64,000 nucleotides of DNA from Vicugna vicugna. Lineage: Eukaryota. The position numbers and the translations under genes are program-made. Under the pieces are notes generated by a model that saw nothing but the letters and a program-made list of their open reading frames with translations, searched no databases and was not told the origin of the DNA. Where the stretch lies: the NCBI GenBank assembly GCA_013265495.1, contig MU058687.1:3598001-3662000 (forward strand), in the 5' to 3' direction. Shown here piece by piece: positions 11,717 to 26,138 of this stretch; position 1 is the first letter of the stretch, and every line of letters starts with the position of its first letter.

Positions 11717-14289
11717 CCGCTCATCCCTCTGCAGCTCTTTTTGTTCATCATTTTTGTGTGCTGTCTCATATGCGACTGTCATGTATTTCTAGATAAGATT
11801 AGAGAATTGTTTTGCCAAGGAACTCATACTTAGAGCCCTTTTCCCACCAGCATTGGACAGGCATTTATCCTGGGGCATTGTATGGAATTAAAATGGCCAC
11901 GAACCTTGTGTTTTGTCCAGGGCCAGGTCTTTTGGAGCTCAGCCATTAGTCAGACTCTGCAGTCATCATACAGTCATGCCTTTGCTCATGCCACAATGCC
12001 TGCCTTAAATCCTCTTATTTCTCTCTTCTTTTACTCAGATACTTTATGTTCATAAGCTTTAGTCTCAAGTCTCATTGTCTTTGTGAAGCCAGGCCCACGA
12101 TTTCACATGTATCACCCAACTATACATTTATCAATCATCATATCCCGTGTTCTGACACTTCTTGTGCTGTTGTTTTATATTACCTAATTATGTAAGACAG
12201 GGCGATTAACACAAACTTCTTACGTATACAGGAAGGGTTGAATTGATGTACATGAAAGTGATGATTGTAAGCTGTTAAACTGTTAAAATACATACAAAGT
12301 GAAATGTAACATTTTTGAAATATTCGGTTTTGAGTAAGGCATCTCCCCAGCAATGATCAGAAATTACCAAAGGCAGAAATTCTCTTTTGTACTTGGTCTC
12401 CTCCAGGGTCTAGTACTGTGTCTCAGAAGAACATATGCTCAAAAACTGTTGGTTGGTTCATTGTTTCCCATATTTAAAGTTCTGCCATCTGCTGAACTAT
12501 TACCAGGCATATACCAGGATACTTTTCTGGTTTTTAGACAGACAGGGAGCCCAGTGAAGTGTGGATGAATTCTTTCTAAAAGGTTAGATGTTGATTGACT
12601 GATTAGCTCCTTGCAAGGAAAGTATTTTTCTCTTACATCATTATAGATGCACAGTTGTACCTTTTAGGAGCCTGCTTTTGAGAGGTACAGAACAGTTTGA
12701 AGTTGTTTCACAGTAGGAGGGCTTTTATTACCATGGAAGACATTTAGTGGTTTCAAGTCTCCATCAGAATATCTTGATACCCAGGCCAGCTGGAAAGGCA
12801 GCACTCATAGATGACTCTTTGACACTTATCATCTATGCAAAGCCTAGCAGCCCAGAGTGGGATATCTTCCTCTTCATTACCAGCAGTTAGTTACATGGGG
12901 AGAGGGGGAAATTCTATAGTAGAATTTTTGAACTCTCTGCGTTTGTGTCTCCTTTGTTTTTAAAAGCCAGGGTATTAAGGTGTAATTTACACACAGGAAC
13001 ACTGCATATCCCCTTTTAGGAGTCACCTTATCAGCTGAAGTGTAAGACATACGTTGAGTTCCTATATGCCTCCTTCCTAGTCAATTCTCCCTGCTCATAC
13101 AGTACTCTGTGGAATCTCAGGATTTTGTGAAGTTTTTATAGATGAAAAATAATTAAGTTGACAGATAATGTCAATCATTCCTGTTCACCCTCCTCTAGGC
13201 CCCCCTAGCTCCACAGCTGATCTGAGCTGTTTTTAAGCCACATCAGATGGGACAGAGGTGCCCCTAAGTTCGGATTTGCCAAAAACATACAGGGCATTCT
13301 GCAACTCTAGATAGTGGTCCTTTTCTTTCCTACATTCCCTTTTTTCTCAGGGGTATTTAAGACTTTTTGTTGTTATTGTTGAGTATTCTTAGTGATTCCA
13401 CATCAGAGAGATTAGAGGAGATGTTGTCATGAATTGGGCAACTGTAAAACACCAAGAGAGGGAAATTTTAGTTCCCGTAAGAAAATGTGATTTGACGGAA
13501 ATTTGAATTTTCATCTCAGGAATCCAAGAGCTCTAATTTCTTTATTGGAAGAACCTTACCTCTTTCTTGCCAGTGTGGTCAAACCAGGCCCTGTTTCACT
13601 GCATTTCCTCTGCCATCCTACTTGGGTCAGCATCAACAGTGACATCATAAAGCGACTGGACCTGGGGCCAACTGGTCCCTGAAAAGGGGCAGAAGTTCCC
13701 GTTTGCTTACAGTACCTGAAACACCTGGGACCACTCTGTCATTACAGCCACTGTTACTGTTGTTTCTTTTTGCCAGTACCCTTGGATATCTTGTGCTACA
13801 GAACATAAGAAATTACATTTCAGATGGGGTCATGCCTTTTCTTCTTCTCCTTTAGAAAGGTTTCTTGAGTGTGGTGTGGGGGTTTTCAAAGGAAATTCAC
13901 TAGGGCCTCTCTCTGGACCACAACCCTGTGTAGCAGAATGACATTTGGCACAATGCAGGCCTGTCGTGGGCTCTGTCCACGAGGGTTAGTGACCGCATGT
14001 ACTGCAAGGTCTGCATTACAATGCTTGGTTGCCACCAGCACAGATGGAATGACATTATACAGTGTGGCCCTAAGTTAATGGAGAGTGATTTAAAAACAAC
14101 AACAGCAACAAACATAATAGAAGTTGTACATCTAAATGAGGGTTATGCCCTTCAAAAGCTGTGGCATGGAAGGCAATACATTTAATCCATTGATGCTTTT
14201 CTGAGCCAAGCATTGTTGTAACTTGTGACTTGAATTTGCCTTCAGGGTCTGTGGCACATTAAAATTATATTTATGAAATATTTATTGTC

Positions 14290-14515
14290 CTTTTTTTTCC
14301 TGATTGCAAAAGTTATATAGGTTTGTTGCAGAAAGTTTGGAAAGTACAGGAGAACACAATTAAAAAAATAAATCATCCCTAATCTTAGCACCCTGAGAAG
14401 ACCCCTGTCAAAACTAATGTATATTTTTCTGGTAATTGTTTATGCATCTCTACACATGGATGTAAACATAGACACTGACATATGCATGTTTATTCACTGA
14501 ATTGAGGCAATAATC
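14290..14515 (-). mobile_element. Old L1 (L1ME-like) 3' fragment
   Basis: 'ttcctgattgcaaaagttatataggtttgttgcagaaagtttggaaagtacag...aaatcatccctaatc' pattern. Confidence 0.65.
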
Positions 14516-14529
14516 TTTAGACCGTCACT

Positions 14530-14920
14530 TAGGCTCCTTAAAAATATGTCCTGGCACATTGCTTTGAACATTCTCAGTGGTCCAAATATTTTTCTTAAAG
14601 GAGATGGATTTTAGTTTTAGTAACAGCCAGATGTCATTTACAGCCAAGGCTAGGTATCTCCATTATCAAACTGGCTAATATGTTTTGGGAAAACCAACAA
14701 ACTCATGTGACTATAGAGTAATAAATTTGATTTTCTTCAGTAGATCTATTGAACTTGTTGTTATATCTGAAAGCAGAGTTCCATGAATGTGTTGAGTCAT
14801 GGCAAATCACTGGGTTAAGTGTATGGATTTCAAAGGTGAATGATTTGAGGAGAGGGCACTCTTTCAGATTCAAAATTTCTGGTTCTATATTTAAGGAACA
14901 CGAACGACTTATTACAAAGC
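14530..14920. mobile_element. MARNA-like Tc1/mariner fossil
   Basis: 'aacagccagatgtcatt..agccaag', 'atcaaactgg..aata', 'gagttccatgaatgtgttgag..atggca...aagtgtat...caaaggtga' resemble the MARNA consensus as I recall it. Confidence 0.65.
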
Positions 14921-16064
14921 AAGGCAGCGAATTTTTTCCCATCGTCTTGGAGCTTATGGTGATCAGGGATCATCCTCACATTTTTGAAAGCCATCTTTTG
15001 CAGGATCCTGAACCTCTCTTAGTCTGGCCAGGATGTTAGTTTGAGAGTTAAGACTGCTTTTTACTTCATGGATGTTAGCTGGGGTCAGCTCTCCTCTACA
15101 TTATGTAAATGTCTGGTTTTCCCTTGCCTTGGGGCAGTCAAAAAGATGGGCTGACAGTTTTCAAAATAGCACCACTTAAATACATGAACATTTATCCATT
15201 CTGAAATAATGAATAGTTTTTAATAGATTAATAAATATTCATTAATAACTCCATGCAATTATGAAAGAAGACAGAACCCATCAATAATCAGGACCTTGGA
15301 GTTCACTCTTCCATCACCATCCACCACCAGGATCTATTCTACTGATGATGGTCTCCTTGCTGGCCTTCTGGACAATTACTGAGATCCTCGCAGACCAGAG
15401 AGGCTTTATTAATGCAAACATACTGGCATCCTCTCATGTATAAGGGAATGGTGATTTAACACCAGAAATTAACATGTTGGTCGCTAACCTTGCCAATCCC
15501 TACATTGTCTCCAACAGATGGAGATAATAATTTGGGGGGAAAATGGGAGTCAGGACCTGGCTTGGCTTTGGAATCCTTCTAGACCAAGAAGGTAAATTAC
15601 CCTTTCCTAATTGTGCCATCAGGTTTTCTATAGAAGCCTCCAACCATTTCTCCAGTTGTAAAACTCCTTTGGTTTCTCTTCATGGGGCTCATACTTTGTG
15701 GGGATCCCCTAACACTTATTAAGCCCCTATTATGTGGCAGATAGGGTAAAAGGCCATTTTACAAGTATTCTTATTTTATTTCCACATCAATCCAGTTCTA
15801 CATATGAATTTGGGGTTCAGACGGGGTTAGTTACTGATCCAAAGTTATACCGTTGATTAATGAGGAGGTAAGATTTAAATCTAAATATTGGGATTTTAAG
15901 GCCTCATGCATTTGTAACTTATTTACTATCTGTTTCCTCCTATTAAAATGTAAGCTCTGCAAAGGCAGGAACTTTGTCTTGGTCACGCTGCATTTCCGAC
16001 ACCTAGAACTATGCCTTTCATACAGTAAGTGTGTTGTGTAGCGGAAGGAGAATACCTCTGTTAA

Positions 16065-16252
16065 AATCGTGGCTTAGCGTGCTCTAGCTTTGTGACCCTG
16101 GACAAGTGACTCAACCTCTCTGTGCATGTTTTCTTATATATAAAATGTGGATAATGAAGTGCTTGCTTTATTGGTTGTGGTGAGGATTAAGGTGTTTAGA
16201 ATAGTACTTGGTTCATGCAAAGTGCTTAATAAATCTTAACTATTCTTATTAT
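16065..16252 (+). mobile_element. MIR
   Basis: 'ctagctttgtgaccctggacaagtgactcaacctctctgtgc...taaaatg.ggataatg...ggttgtggtgaggattaa'. Confidence 0.85.
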
Positions 16253-16589
16253 CTGTTAAATAAAAAATACTTGAGTGCTTATTTTCTGCTAGAGTTGGGG
16301 TAGAACAGTAAACAATATGTTCACTGTCCCAGTCCTCATAGAACTTACAGACTAGTGAAGGACAGGGTGGGACAGCAAGAAAAGTGCTGGGAGAAGGGAA
16401 GTATAAGATGCTGGGGGTGCAGGTGAGAGAGGGTCAGGGATGGCTTCCTGAAGCCAGGGACATCTGCGCTGAAAACTGGAGGATGAATAGGCATCCAAGT
16501 GGAGGAAGGCCAGGGAGGAAAGAGGGCCTAAGTGGGAAGAGAAGAGCATGTGCAAAGGCCTCAGGGGTGAAAGCAATACGGTGTGCCTA

Positions 16590-17110
16590 CCAGTTCGAAT
16601 GCTTTCAGTTGCAAGTAATATAAGACCCAAACAAAAGTGGTTTTAATAATAAGAAAAATATTATGTCATTTCCAAGAGTAAGAAGTCTAGATGTAGGCAT
16701 TCTAGAGTTGGTGAATTCTGTGGCTCAAACATGCTCCCAAATTCCTTCTCTCATTCCACTGTACCATCCTTTGCGTCTTGGCTTATCCTGCTGGGCTGGC
16801 ATCTCCTCAAGATGATCCCAAGAGGGTGTCACATGAAGACAGCCACATGCCTATTTTGGAGAGAGAAAACACTTCACAGAAGTGCAGGTTTTCCCCTCAG
16901 TTCTCATTGGTCAGAATGACATCACATGCCATTACTAGCAAGGGGAGTGGAATTACCATGTTTGCTTGGACGGATCAAGATTCAGTCCCTGGGGCTGGGG
17001 CCAGCCTTCTGTAAAGCTGTGGTTGCCTGATACTGGAACAAAACTGGCCTTACTTTAAGAAAGAAGGTATAAAGTCAGATGGGAACGCTACTGGGCAGGC
17101 ATGTAACAGG
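16590..17110 (-). mobile_element. Old MLT1 LTR (MLT1K/L-like)
   Basis: 'ctttcagttgcaagtaa...acccaa', 'tctcattggtcagaa..catcacatgcc', 'agcaaggggagtggaattaccatg', 'ccctggggctgggg', 'aacaaaactgg'. Confidence 0.75.
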
Positions 17111-19573
17111 AACCCCGCGGTGTCCTTTGTGCTCTGAGCTGCACCGCTCATGTATCACATGAGGGTAGCACTTTGAATCAAGGGAGATGCTACTGACTTG
17201 GAAGAATGTCTTGTCCCCTGGTGAGGGCATAAGAACACTGCAGTAACACTCAGATGGTCATAATTAAGAGAAACAAGACAATCTTTGCATCTACCTTTGG
17301 ACCATGGAAGGTGAACAGTCTTTATTTGAGAGGACACATCCGTGCATTTTAGCGGACTTGTATGTTTGAAGCGTTTTCCCTCTATCATCCAACCAGTTCC
17401 TCTTACTAACTTGATGACATGGGTAATTGAGGGTAACAGTGTGTGTGTATGGAGGGTAGCATGGAGTACAGTGTGGGTAGGAAGAGGAGAAATGGAATGG
17501 AATCATGAGATCTTAGATTTTCATGTAGGATGACTGCCCCTTGATGTAGAAATCTCTGCCACTCAGATGCTACTTCAACACGGCCATAGACAGAGAGCTC
17601 AGTATCTCACAAAGAAACCTTTCTATTAGAAGTATAATCTTCTATCCCTCTGTCTTCTGAGTTTCTAGTAAGAAAATCAACTTGAAGTTTCATAACCCTC
17701 ATCCTTCCCCTAGACACCTGTAGTCTCACCTGCACCTACAAGTTCATTAATTCACTGGATCTACTGCCTAAACCTGAGAGTCTGGGTTTGTTCCATTCAG
17801 TCACAGAGGACTGCTGAGTCCACTGTGGAAGGCATGCTACAGCCTTATCATCTGCTTGTTTTATCTTAACTTACTTGGTCCATCTGCTTGGACTCAAGAC
17901 CTGAGCCCCACATGAGTCTTTAAATCTGCATTCCTAACTCTCAGCTTGTTTTGACCAGGCCACTGTGACTCTAAGACTGGTTCTCCACTCTGTTCTGCTA
18001 CCTCCCCACCCTCAGGCCAGAGGAGTTCGTGTGCCTCCAAATTCTCATTTAATCCCTTCTATTTAATGGGGGAGGAAGGTGACGGTATGTTGTATACTTC
18101 ACTCTGTTACTCCTTTATCAACCTTGGTCCTGAATTGTGCTTACTGCCTTTCCCATCCTAAGAGCTCACTGAAGATTTCATGCTGAGCCATGCCTGGCCG
18201 GTGCAGCAGAGATATTGTGGCTGGCCCACACTCTGGTTTTCTGGTTTCACTCCATCCTCCACCTTTCTGTCTTGTCTCCTTAATGGCCAGTGATATGCGT
18301 ATCAGAGGAGGTAGGCCAGGGTGAGGAGTACAGTCTGGTCCACAGAACAGAGCCCAGCTCCCCCACACAGACCCCGTGACCTGGGCCTGCTGCCTTGACT
18401 CACCAGCCCTCAGAGATGAGAGAAAGCACATTCTTTAACCCCATGCTCTTTCCTGGAAACGTCTGGCTTGTGGCATGGCAGTGTCACCCACTAAGCCAGA
18501 GAGGAAAGAGCCCTCCTGTCACAGACCGGCTTTGTGCCTTGTTTACAGCATATTTTAATCTCACTCTCGCTTTTTTCCTCCCCCACCCCATTTCTCAAAT
18601 TTAAATATTTGATGTCAGTTCAGTTATTTTTATGACAATCCTCTTTCCCTTCCAGAAACAGAAAGTGAAATAGATGCAAAACCCACTGGGGCATCTGTCT
18701 CCCACTTTTAATTAGTCCTTTCTCCTCTTGAATGACACTAGTGGTAGTAACTGCAGGGTGTTCTGTACTAATCCCCCTGTGCCAGCCCCTCACCATTATT
18801 TCCTCCCCTATCCTGGGGTTCTCTGGTGCTCCCAGCCACCCCTGTGTGGTCCAGCAGAGCTACAACTAGGGGCCAAGTTTCAGTGAGGATCCTGAGTCCT
18901 TCTTTGAACCTGGGTGGATGAAAGTCCAGTCCTGCAGCATGAATTTTATTTTCTGTCTATTAATTCGTTGTAGGTAACCCCATCTGATTATATAGTTTCC
19001 CTTAAATGCAAACCACCTCCCAGTACTGCTCTTTAGGACCCAGGCCTAAGGGAGGGAGGCTGGGTTAGAGGCCAGGATCCGGGTATTCTACCCCTGGTTT
19101 TCTCTCCTGATTCAGTAAGCTCTCTGTGCCCTATCTGGTCTACAGAAGGAAGGCTGTCTCTGACCCCCACCCTCCATGGAGATTGGAGACTGTAAGGAAG
19201 GAGGTCCGCGCTCTCCAGTGGAAGGTAAGGTGATGACTTTCAGCAAGATTATTTTGATTACCGTTGCTTTCCTGGAGCACATCGCCTCTTCCTCTTAGCT
19301 CTTGTTTAGTAGAACGTTGTCTGTTTTCTTCTTCCCTGGTCCACTTCCATTCTACTGCCTACGTCTCCTGGGTTTGTGCAGAAAAAGCCTGGAGTGTCTT
19401 ACCTGGTCAGCACCTGTTCAAGCCCTGGCTGCCTTCTAGTCCCCAGCTCTGCTGGGTGAGAGGGAGCTGTTGCATCTGCTGGTGGTGGGCCTTGATTGCT
19501 TGCTTTCCTGTGACTCAGTGGCCAGAGAGAGCTGAGGCCCTTTCCCCTGGACCACACCCTGCAGAAGGGGATA

Positions 19574-20066
19574 CAGGCATACCTTTTATTGGGAGTTATT
19601 GTGGGTTAGGTTCCAGACCACCATAATACAGCAAATATCACAACAAAGCGAGTCCCGTTGAGTTTTTTGGTTTCCCAGTGCATATACAAGTTATGTTTAT
19701 GCTATACTGTAGTCTATGAAGTGTGAAATAGCATTATGTCTAAAAAACAATGTACATACCTTAATTAAAAAATACTTTATTGCAAAAATGTTAACCATCA
19801 TCTGGAGCCTTCAGTGAGTTGTAATTTTTTTGCAGTAGTAACATCAAAGATCACTGATCATAGATCACCATAACAAATACAATAATAATGAGAAAGTTAG
19901 AAATATTGTGATAATTACTGAAATGTGGTGCAAAAATGAGGCATGGAATGTGCAAATGCTATTGATAAAATGACACCAATAGACCTACTTGACACAGAGT
20001 TGCCAAAACCTTCAATTTGTGAGAAACATAGTATCTGTGAAGCACAATAAAATGAAATATGTGCCT
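19574..20066 (-). mobile_element. Internally deleted Tigger1 derivative (Tigger1a-type)
   Basis: TA then CAGGCATACC terminus, 'ggttccagaccacc..aata.agc.aatatc', 'acatcaaagatcactgatca.agatcaccataaca', 'ccttcaatttgt...gtatctgtgaagcacaataaa'. Both Tigger1 ends joined in ~490 bp. Confidence 0.88.
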
Positions 20067-20717
20067 TTTGTTGGGATGGTATGTTCTAGTTTTAGTGCCA
20101 TTTCATAGAACCTGCCTTACCTTGTTTCATCCCCAGTGTAACCCTGTGGAACAGGAATAAGGAAGGACATTTATTTTTCTTTTACAGAAGACATCATTGA
20201 GGTTCTGAGAGGTTAAATGATGTGCTCAGGTTAATGCCTCTAGTTAGTAGCTGAGCCTGAGTGAGACCCAGGACTTTTGACTCCAATTCTGGTCTTTTTT
20301 CGCTGCATCCCACTGGCTAACCGGGCCTGGAACCTTAAGAGTGGTCTCTCTGCTGCTTCATGTTGTGTTTGGTACTGCCTGGCCTTCCTTCAACCTTATC
20401 TCCTGAGGTTCACCAAGTTCTGAGTCCTGTACCTCATCTAACACTGAACTATAGGCAGGGCAGGTGGTCCGGGGAGTGGACCACCAGGTGTTTGTGTGGG
20501 GAAAAGAGGCATGGGTTGTGGGGTGTGTAGGTGGGAGAAGGCTGAGGAACACATGTTTCATATTAATCTTTATTTCAATGAAGTTGTTTGAGTTCATGCT
20601 TTATTGCGGTGCTTTAAAATAATGTGTTTCTAACAGTGCCCCCGGGGGTAGCACTTGCACTTTTGAGATCTTATTGCTGGAGTGGCTCACGAGACCAACC
20701 ACAATAATAGAAAATGA

Positions 20718-20735
20718 GGCACCCCCTGGTGCACC
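20718..20735 (-). promoter_or_regulatory. CTCF-like motif
   Basis: Minus strand GCACCAGGGGGTGC versus consensus CCACCAGGGGGCGC (12/14). Motif match only. Confidence 0.35.
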
Positions 20736-21922
20736 ATCTGAATTTATAATGGCAATTTCTGCGATGCCCCGAGGCCAGCTCTGCTTGTATTTGAGAGCGT
20801 GTGAGAGCCCGGCACTGAGGGGGCTCCTCCCTTCCTGTCCTGTTTTGATTGGCGTCCCTCTGTAAAGAAAGGTGCTCCTTTAGTCTCCTGCGTCTGGCTC
20901 TCATCACTGATCTCAAAGGAAAGGACTAGTCCTCCCCCACTTTGGTTTTGGTGTTAACAGGGAGGTTGATGGAAGGGGCGTGGTCTCCTCCTATTTGTCA
21001 GCCATGTCTCCCCTTCCTCGTCCTGCCTCTCCACCCAGTGTGCAAAGCAGAAAGGCCCTCTGGGGTCTCCTGTGCCTTCACCATCAAAGCAGTGAAATAT
21101 GAAATGACAACATAATGAAATGAACTTGGTCTCATTGAGATTCCAAATAGCTGTCTTTTTTTTTCCAGTTCAGCCAGCAAACCACACCATGGTGCAGACG
21201 GCAGAAGTGGGTCAGTGCTGCAGGGGCTGAGGGGAGTGTGGCAGGAGAAGCCTGGATGAGGGGCAAGCAAAGTTCAGACTAGGGCAACAGGCCCAGGGAT
21301 GTACCAGGAGACTTACAAAGGGCTGAATCATGGCATCAGAATTTCTGAAGATGAGAACAGAGGGTTTGGCTGGTGTGGCTAGAAACTCAGCCACACAGCA
21401 AGCTTCCCTTGACTCAGGAGAGAGATCGGGGTGAGGTGGTTGCCGGAAGACAAGAAATCCCCATTTCCTTCCAAGCTACTAAGTGATTGCCCTGCAAATA
21501 TTTGATGTGAAACATGAGCAACAGCACCCCCTTCCCTTTAGCCAAAAAAAGTAAAGCCTGTTTTACTGAGTGCATGAGCAGTATTCCCACTCTGGTTGTG
21601 CATTCTCCATGGGGTGGTGTATGTCATTTAGCCTCATGACAGAAGCCCACGGAGGGTCAGTGCTATTCATTCATCATCAGACGTTTCTGACCTTCTGTTA
21701 CTTGCCAGGCACTGTGAGAGGCACTGGGGAGTCAAAGACAAAGGTGACATTGTCCCTGCCCTCCAAGACCATGCTGTCCTGTGAGTGTGTCCTGTGATTA
21801 CAACCTCATCTCCTTGCTTGCTTTTCCAGTGCAGAGAGTGTCTTAGGTCAATTTGTCCGTGAGCTGTTCTCATTCATGGTGGAGTCTTCAGTCACTGGAC
21901 ATGTACTCAGAGCAAGGTCTAG

Positions 21923-22175
21923 CCCAGCAGTTCTCCCTTCTGGCTGCATGGTAGAGACACCTGGACCACTTTTATAACATATTGATGACCGTGCCCAGAG
22001 CTAAGGTTGACACTCTGTGTACACGCAGGTGTGGCATCCTGCCAGCATCCATCTGACTGGCTGGGCTCATGGCTTACTGGTCAGACTAATAAAATAAAAA
22101 TGTCTGGTGATGGAATCTTAGTCATGGATAGGTCTTTTAAAAACTTCCCAGGTGATACTAATGTGCAGCTAGGGG
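21923..22175. mobile_element. MER5-type hAT fossil, apparently interrupted
   Basis: 'cagcagttctc...ggctgcatggtaga.acacctgg' and 'ttttaaaaacttcccaggtgatactaatgtgcagc'. Confidence 0.65.
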
Positions 22176-25100
22176 TGATTTTGAGGGGCGAGACCCATGT
22201 GTGGTATGTACACCTTTAAGACCTGAGTGCCACCAAAGCCCCAGGAGCCAATGTTGATGGCAGTTGAACTCCTGCTCTGATGCCAACCCTCCCAGGGTCC
22301 CTGGCTGTAAAGTGACATCATCGCCAAAGAGGGCCACACAAAGCGGAGCTGCCACTTAGTGCATGGTGAGTGAAGGAAAAGCTTTCAGCGTTGGACTCTG
22401 AGGAGCTTTAGAAGAAGACGAAGCCCTATCCAGTCCCCTCTTTTTATATATGGTGAAACAGGTTCAGGTTCTTCCGTGATTTCTGAGGGAGGATATTTGA
22501 CACCTGCCCCAGGGCCCTGAGGCAGCCTATTTGAGAATTATTTTAGTGGTTTGGAAATAAGCGACAAGGAAGCTGCAAAGATGAGGTTTTCAGCAAGTGC
22601 CTCAAGACAGGGGCATTACCAAGCCAGAAAAACTCTGAAGTCTTTATAGTTTGGCTAAGAGTATGAATTATTTTAATATGTATAATATATATACATATAT
22701 ATTTTACATACTATAGCTAGCTAGCTATCACTTCCCCTAACAAAATAGTTTTGCTTATATGGGTTGCCTGTGTTGAGGTCAAGGAAAATCTGTTTCCAGT
22801 GGTGTAGCAGTTCTGAGAAACCACTAAAGGAAGAAATCTCTGTAACTGCAGGTGGTTGGCCTCTCTGTCTGGCTCCCTAGCTGGCATAGCTTTCTCTGTG
22901 GTACTAATTCTCTCATGAATTCTTGACGTCTTAACCTCATGACCCTCACAACCCACTTACCTCAGGTGAACCTACCTGCTGTCTCTCCTGTACTTCCTTG
23001 TTAGAGGACCTGACCCATCTTGAGATGCCTGCTCTTGGAACCTGTCTCCCAGAACCAAGGATTCAGAAGGTCTGGGCCTCCTACCCTTTCTTCTGCTCCC
23101 CTAGTGGCCCTCTGCTGCCCCCACCTGCCACAAGTCCACACTAACCATAGAATCCTGGAGGCCTGTCCCATAGGGCTCAGGAACAAACTGTTTCTCTTAC
23201 AGGCCAGGCATCATCCTAGGCACCATCACTTATGCTACCTGGTTTAATGAGAGTCCCAGGTTAAGCATGATCTCCATGTTGCAAGTGGGGAAACTGAGGC
23301 TTAAGATAGGAAGGACCCAAAACTTGAAGAAGTAGAGATAAGTTCAAACTCAGTGTAATTCTTCTTCCACTACATGTTGGCTGCTTTTTTAGTTTCTTTG
23401 ATTCTGGGAGAAATAGTGGCTACTAGGGAAAAAATGAGAAATAATCCTAGAGCAGTGGAAATTAAGCACTAACTTTTTAGAAAGTGATTACAGTGAGACA
23501 AAATGATCACTCAGGATGCAGGACTGTTGCATCTATTAGAGCATGATGTTACTTTTCCCTTCTCTTCCTTCTCATCTCAAGTACCCTGCATGTACTTCAT
23601 CTTGTCCAACGGTGTGATGAATGGCAGGAAAAGTAGGACTCTTGGAGAGTCTGAGAAGACAGAGCCCCCTTACTCTTCAAGACTCAGAAAGCAGATAAAT
23701 GAAAATCAAAGGACACAGACTCCAGTGGGCTGAGCAAGGTGGGAAGGTTATAATCCATTCATCAGGATTCAGCCAAGAAATAGGAAAGGAATTAAGTAAG
23801 ATGTGGGGGTGGTGCATGAAGAAGCCAGTGATGAGATATGCATGGAGTGGGGAAAATGGGAAGCTGGAAGAAAGAACCCAGTACCAGTCTCTCCTAGAGG
23901 ATGCCAGTGATGAGGTAGACTCTATCTGAGACTCAGCAGCCTTCACTCCCTCCTGCAGTGGGTCAGACTCGATCCTAAGAGTGCTGGATGTGGAGGATGC
24001 TGGTCCTGGGAACTGGCAGTTGCTCTCAGGTAGGAAGGTTGTGATGGAGGCAGTGGAGGCATTTCTCTGGCATCACATTTATCCACAGTCTTTCCAGGAG
24101 GAGTTGAGAAGTGCCCTGTTCCTAAAGGGAGTTTGCACCTACCTTTGTATAATGGCACACAGAGTGATGCTGAGTGCAAACAACTATACACACACACTGC
24201 TGTGTCTAGTCATGTTCACATACTTACACAAACAGTTACTCCAGGCTGATTCATTGGCTCTTAGCACAGAGGTGCTTTGAAGAATCCAGGTCTTGGGATT
24301 CATTAGGGGTAGTAGAGAACTGGTAGGAAAGAGGATGAAGTTTGGAGAAAAAGCTAGGACTTGTGAAATCAAGAGATTGTAGTTATTGAAAGTCTAGAAG
24401 TTAAGTTCAGAAAAGTCTGCTAGGGTAGAAAATATCAAGTGAGCACGTTAGGGCCAAAAGTAGTGTCCAGAATCTGTGGCATAAGTGTGTCACTGAGTTG
24501 TGCTCTTATCTGAAGAGAAAGGCTCTGTTCTGTTCACTGTTGGAGACTGTGGATGTAACCCTTGCCAGGCACAGCGATGTCTCCAGATCAGTTCTTCGTC
24601 CCCCCTGCCCCCAGTTGCTAAGCTGGCTGGAGAAGATCAGCACCTGAAAAGACGTAGCCATTTCTGAGTTATTTATAGTACAAGTGTTCAGCAAAAGATA
24701 ACTGAGGGAAATACTCTGGCTTGTGCTTTATATTGTTGAATTTTGTTTAACCATTCTTTTACTAAAAAATGTGTTATGGTGTACATACGATGAGCAAGAA
24801 ACTGCAGTGTGCTGCCATGAATACAAAGATTAAAAAAGACTCCTGATCTCAAGGAGTTTGCAGTCTAGAAGGGTAGAGAAACATGCCAACAAATAACTCT
24901 AACATGAGTTTAAAATAGCCTGTTGTGAGGACAAAGGGGAAAAGCGAATAAAAATTATGGTGGAGAATTAGGGGTTAGTGTTGCGGAGGAGGTGGTCTTT
25001 GGTCCAGACCTTGAAGGGTGAACATGATTTTAATTGGGTGGGGAGATGGAGTAGAGTAAGTAGTCAGGAGGGAATTTTATGAGGAGGGAACAACAGGAGT

Positions 25101-26138
25101 AAAAATGTGGAAGTGTAAAAGTTTGTAGCAAGTCTGAAGAAAGGCAGTTAATCCATTCTGGCTAACGTTTAGGGGTCTGCTGAGGAGATGAGACTGGAAA
25201 AACTTAGAATCTCCAATAAGGAGGATCCAGGTAATCACAGAATCCTCTCGCTTAAAACTGGCTAGAGGTTATGGGACCTAGAGGGGAATGAGATCTAGAA
25301 ATAACACATCATTTAAAGCATACAACCCTGTTCTTTGTGATAGTGTGTATACTTTTCTGTCCTCACACCCTATGTTCTTAACCCACATACTCTCAGACCT
25401 TCCTGAACACCTGTATTCTCCCACCTGACTTCCAGTGTGTGTACCTCCTCACACCAGCATAGTGGAGCATGCAGGGGGCCAAGTGACCATTAAACAAACA
25501 TCGTTGAGCTTGGTAGGAGGAAGCAGAAATGGATTGCAAATCCGGTGCAAAGTGATGCATTCTGCAAGTCGGCTAGAATAATTTCCGACCCCAGACCTCC
25601 TGCTGAAGTGAAAAATGACATTTATAGGAGGGAAGCTTAGAATTAATCCTCCAAAATGATAGTAAAGTGAATTCTTTCCTAGCTCTGCTGTGATTGCTCT
25701 TCCTCCCATTTCTGTCGCTCCTTATTATTGTAATGAGTTCTGCTCTCCAAAGTGAATAAAGTCACCATTCAGATAAGATCAGTTTTGTCTGGTGCAGCCA
25801 CGTTGATCTGATCACAGTTTGGACTGCGGGTTTTGAATTCACCTTGGGCATTTAACTTCCGGGGGGGAAAGGGAAATAAAAATGCCGATCTGGCACAAAG
25901 TAGCTGCAATCATTAGTCAGCTGTCCTCAGGCCCGCTCTGAGCCATACTGCAGGATAGCAGATTCTTTGGCTATTTTTTGGACTTGGGGCATTTTTTTAA
26001 ACCCCAGTCACCTTTTGCCTTATTCCAATATTTGAATCATAGCACAGGTGGTTTCACTAGGGATCATCAGTCTGCAGATCCTGGTGGAGTTCTCAGTGAT
26101 TGTGAAAGACTAGTCCCAAACACCTGCTGAACAGCCTG

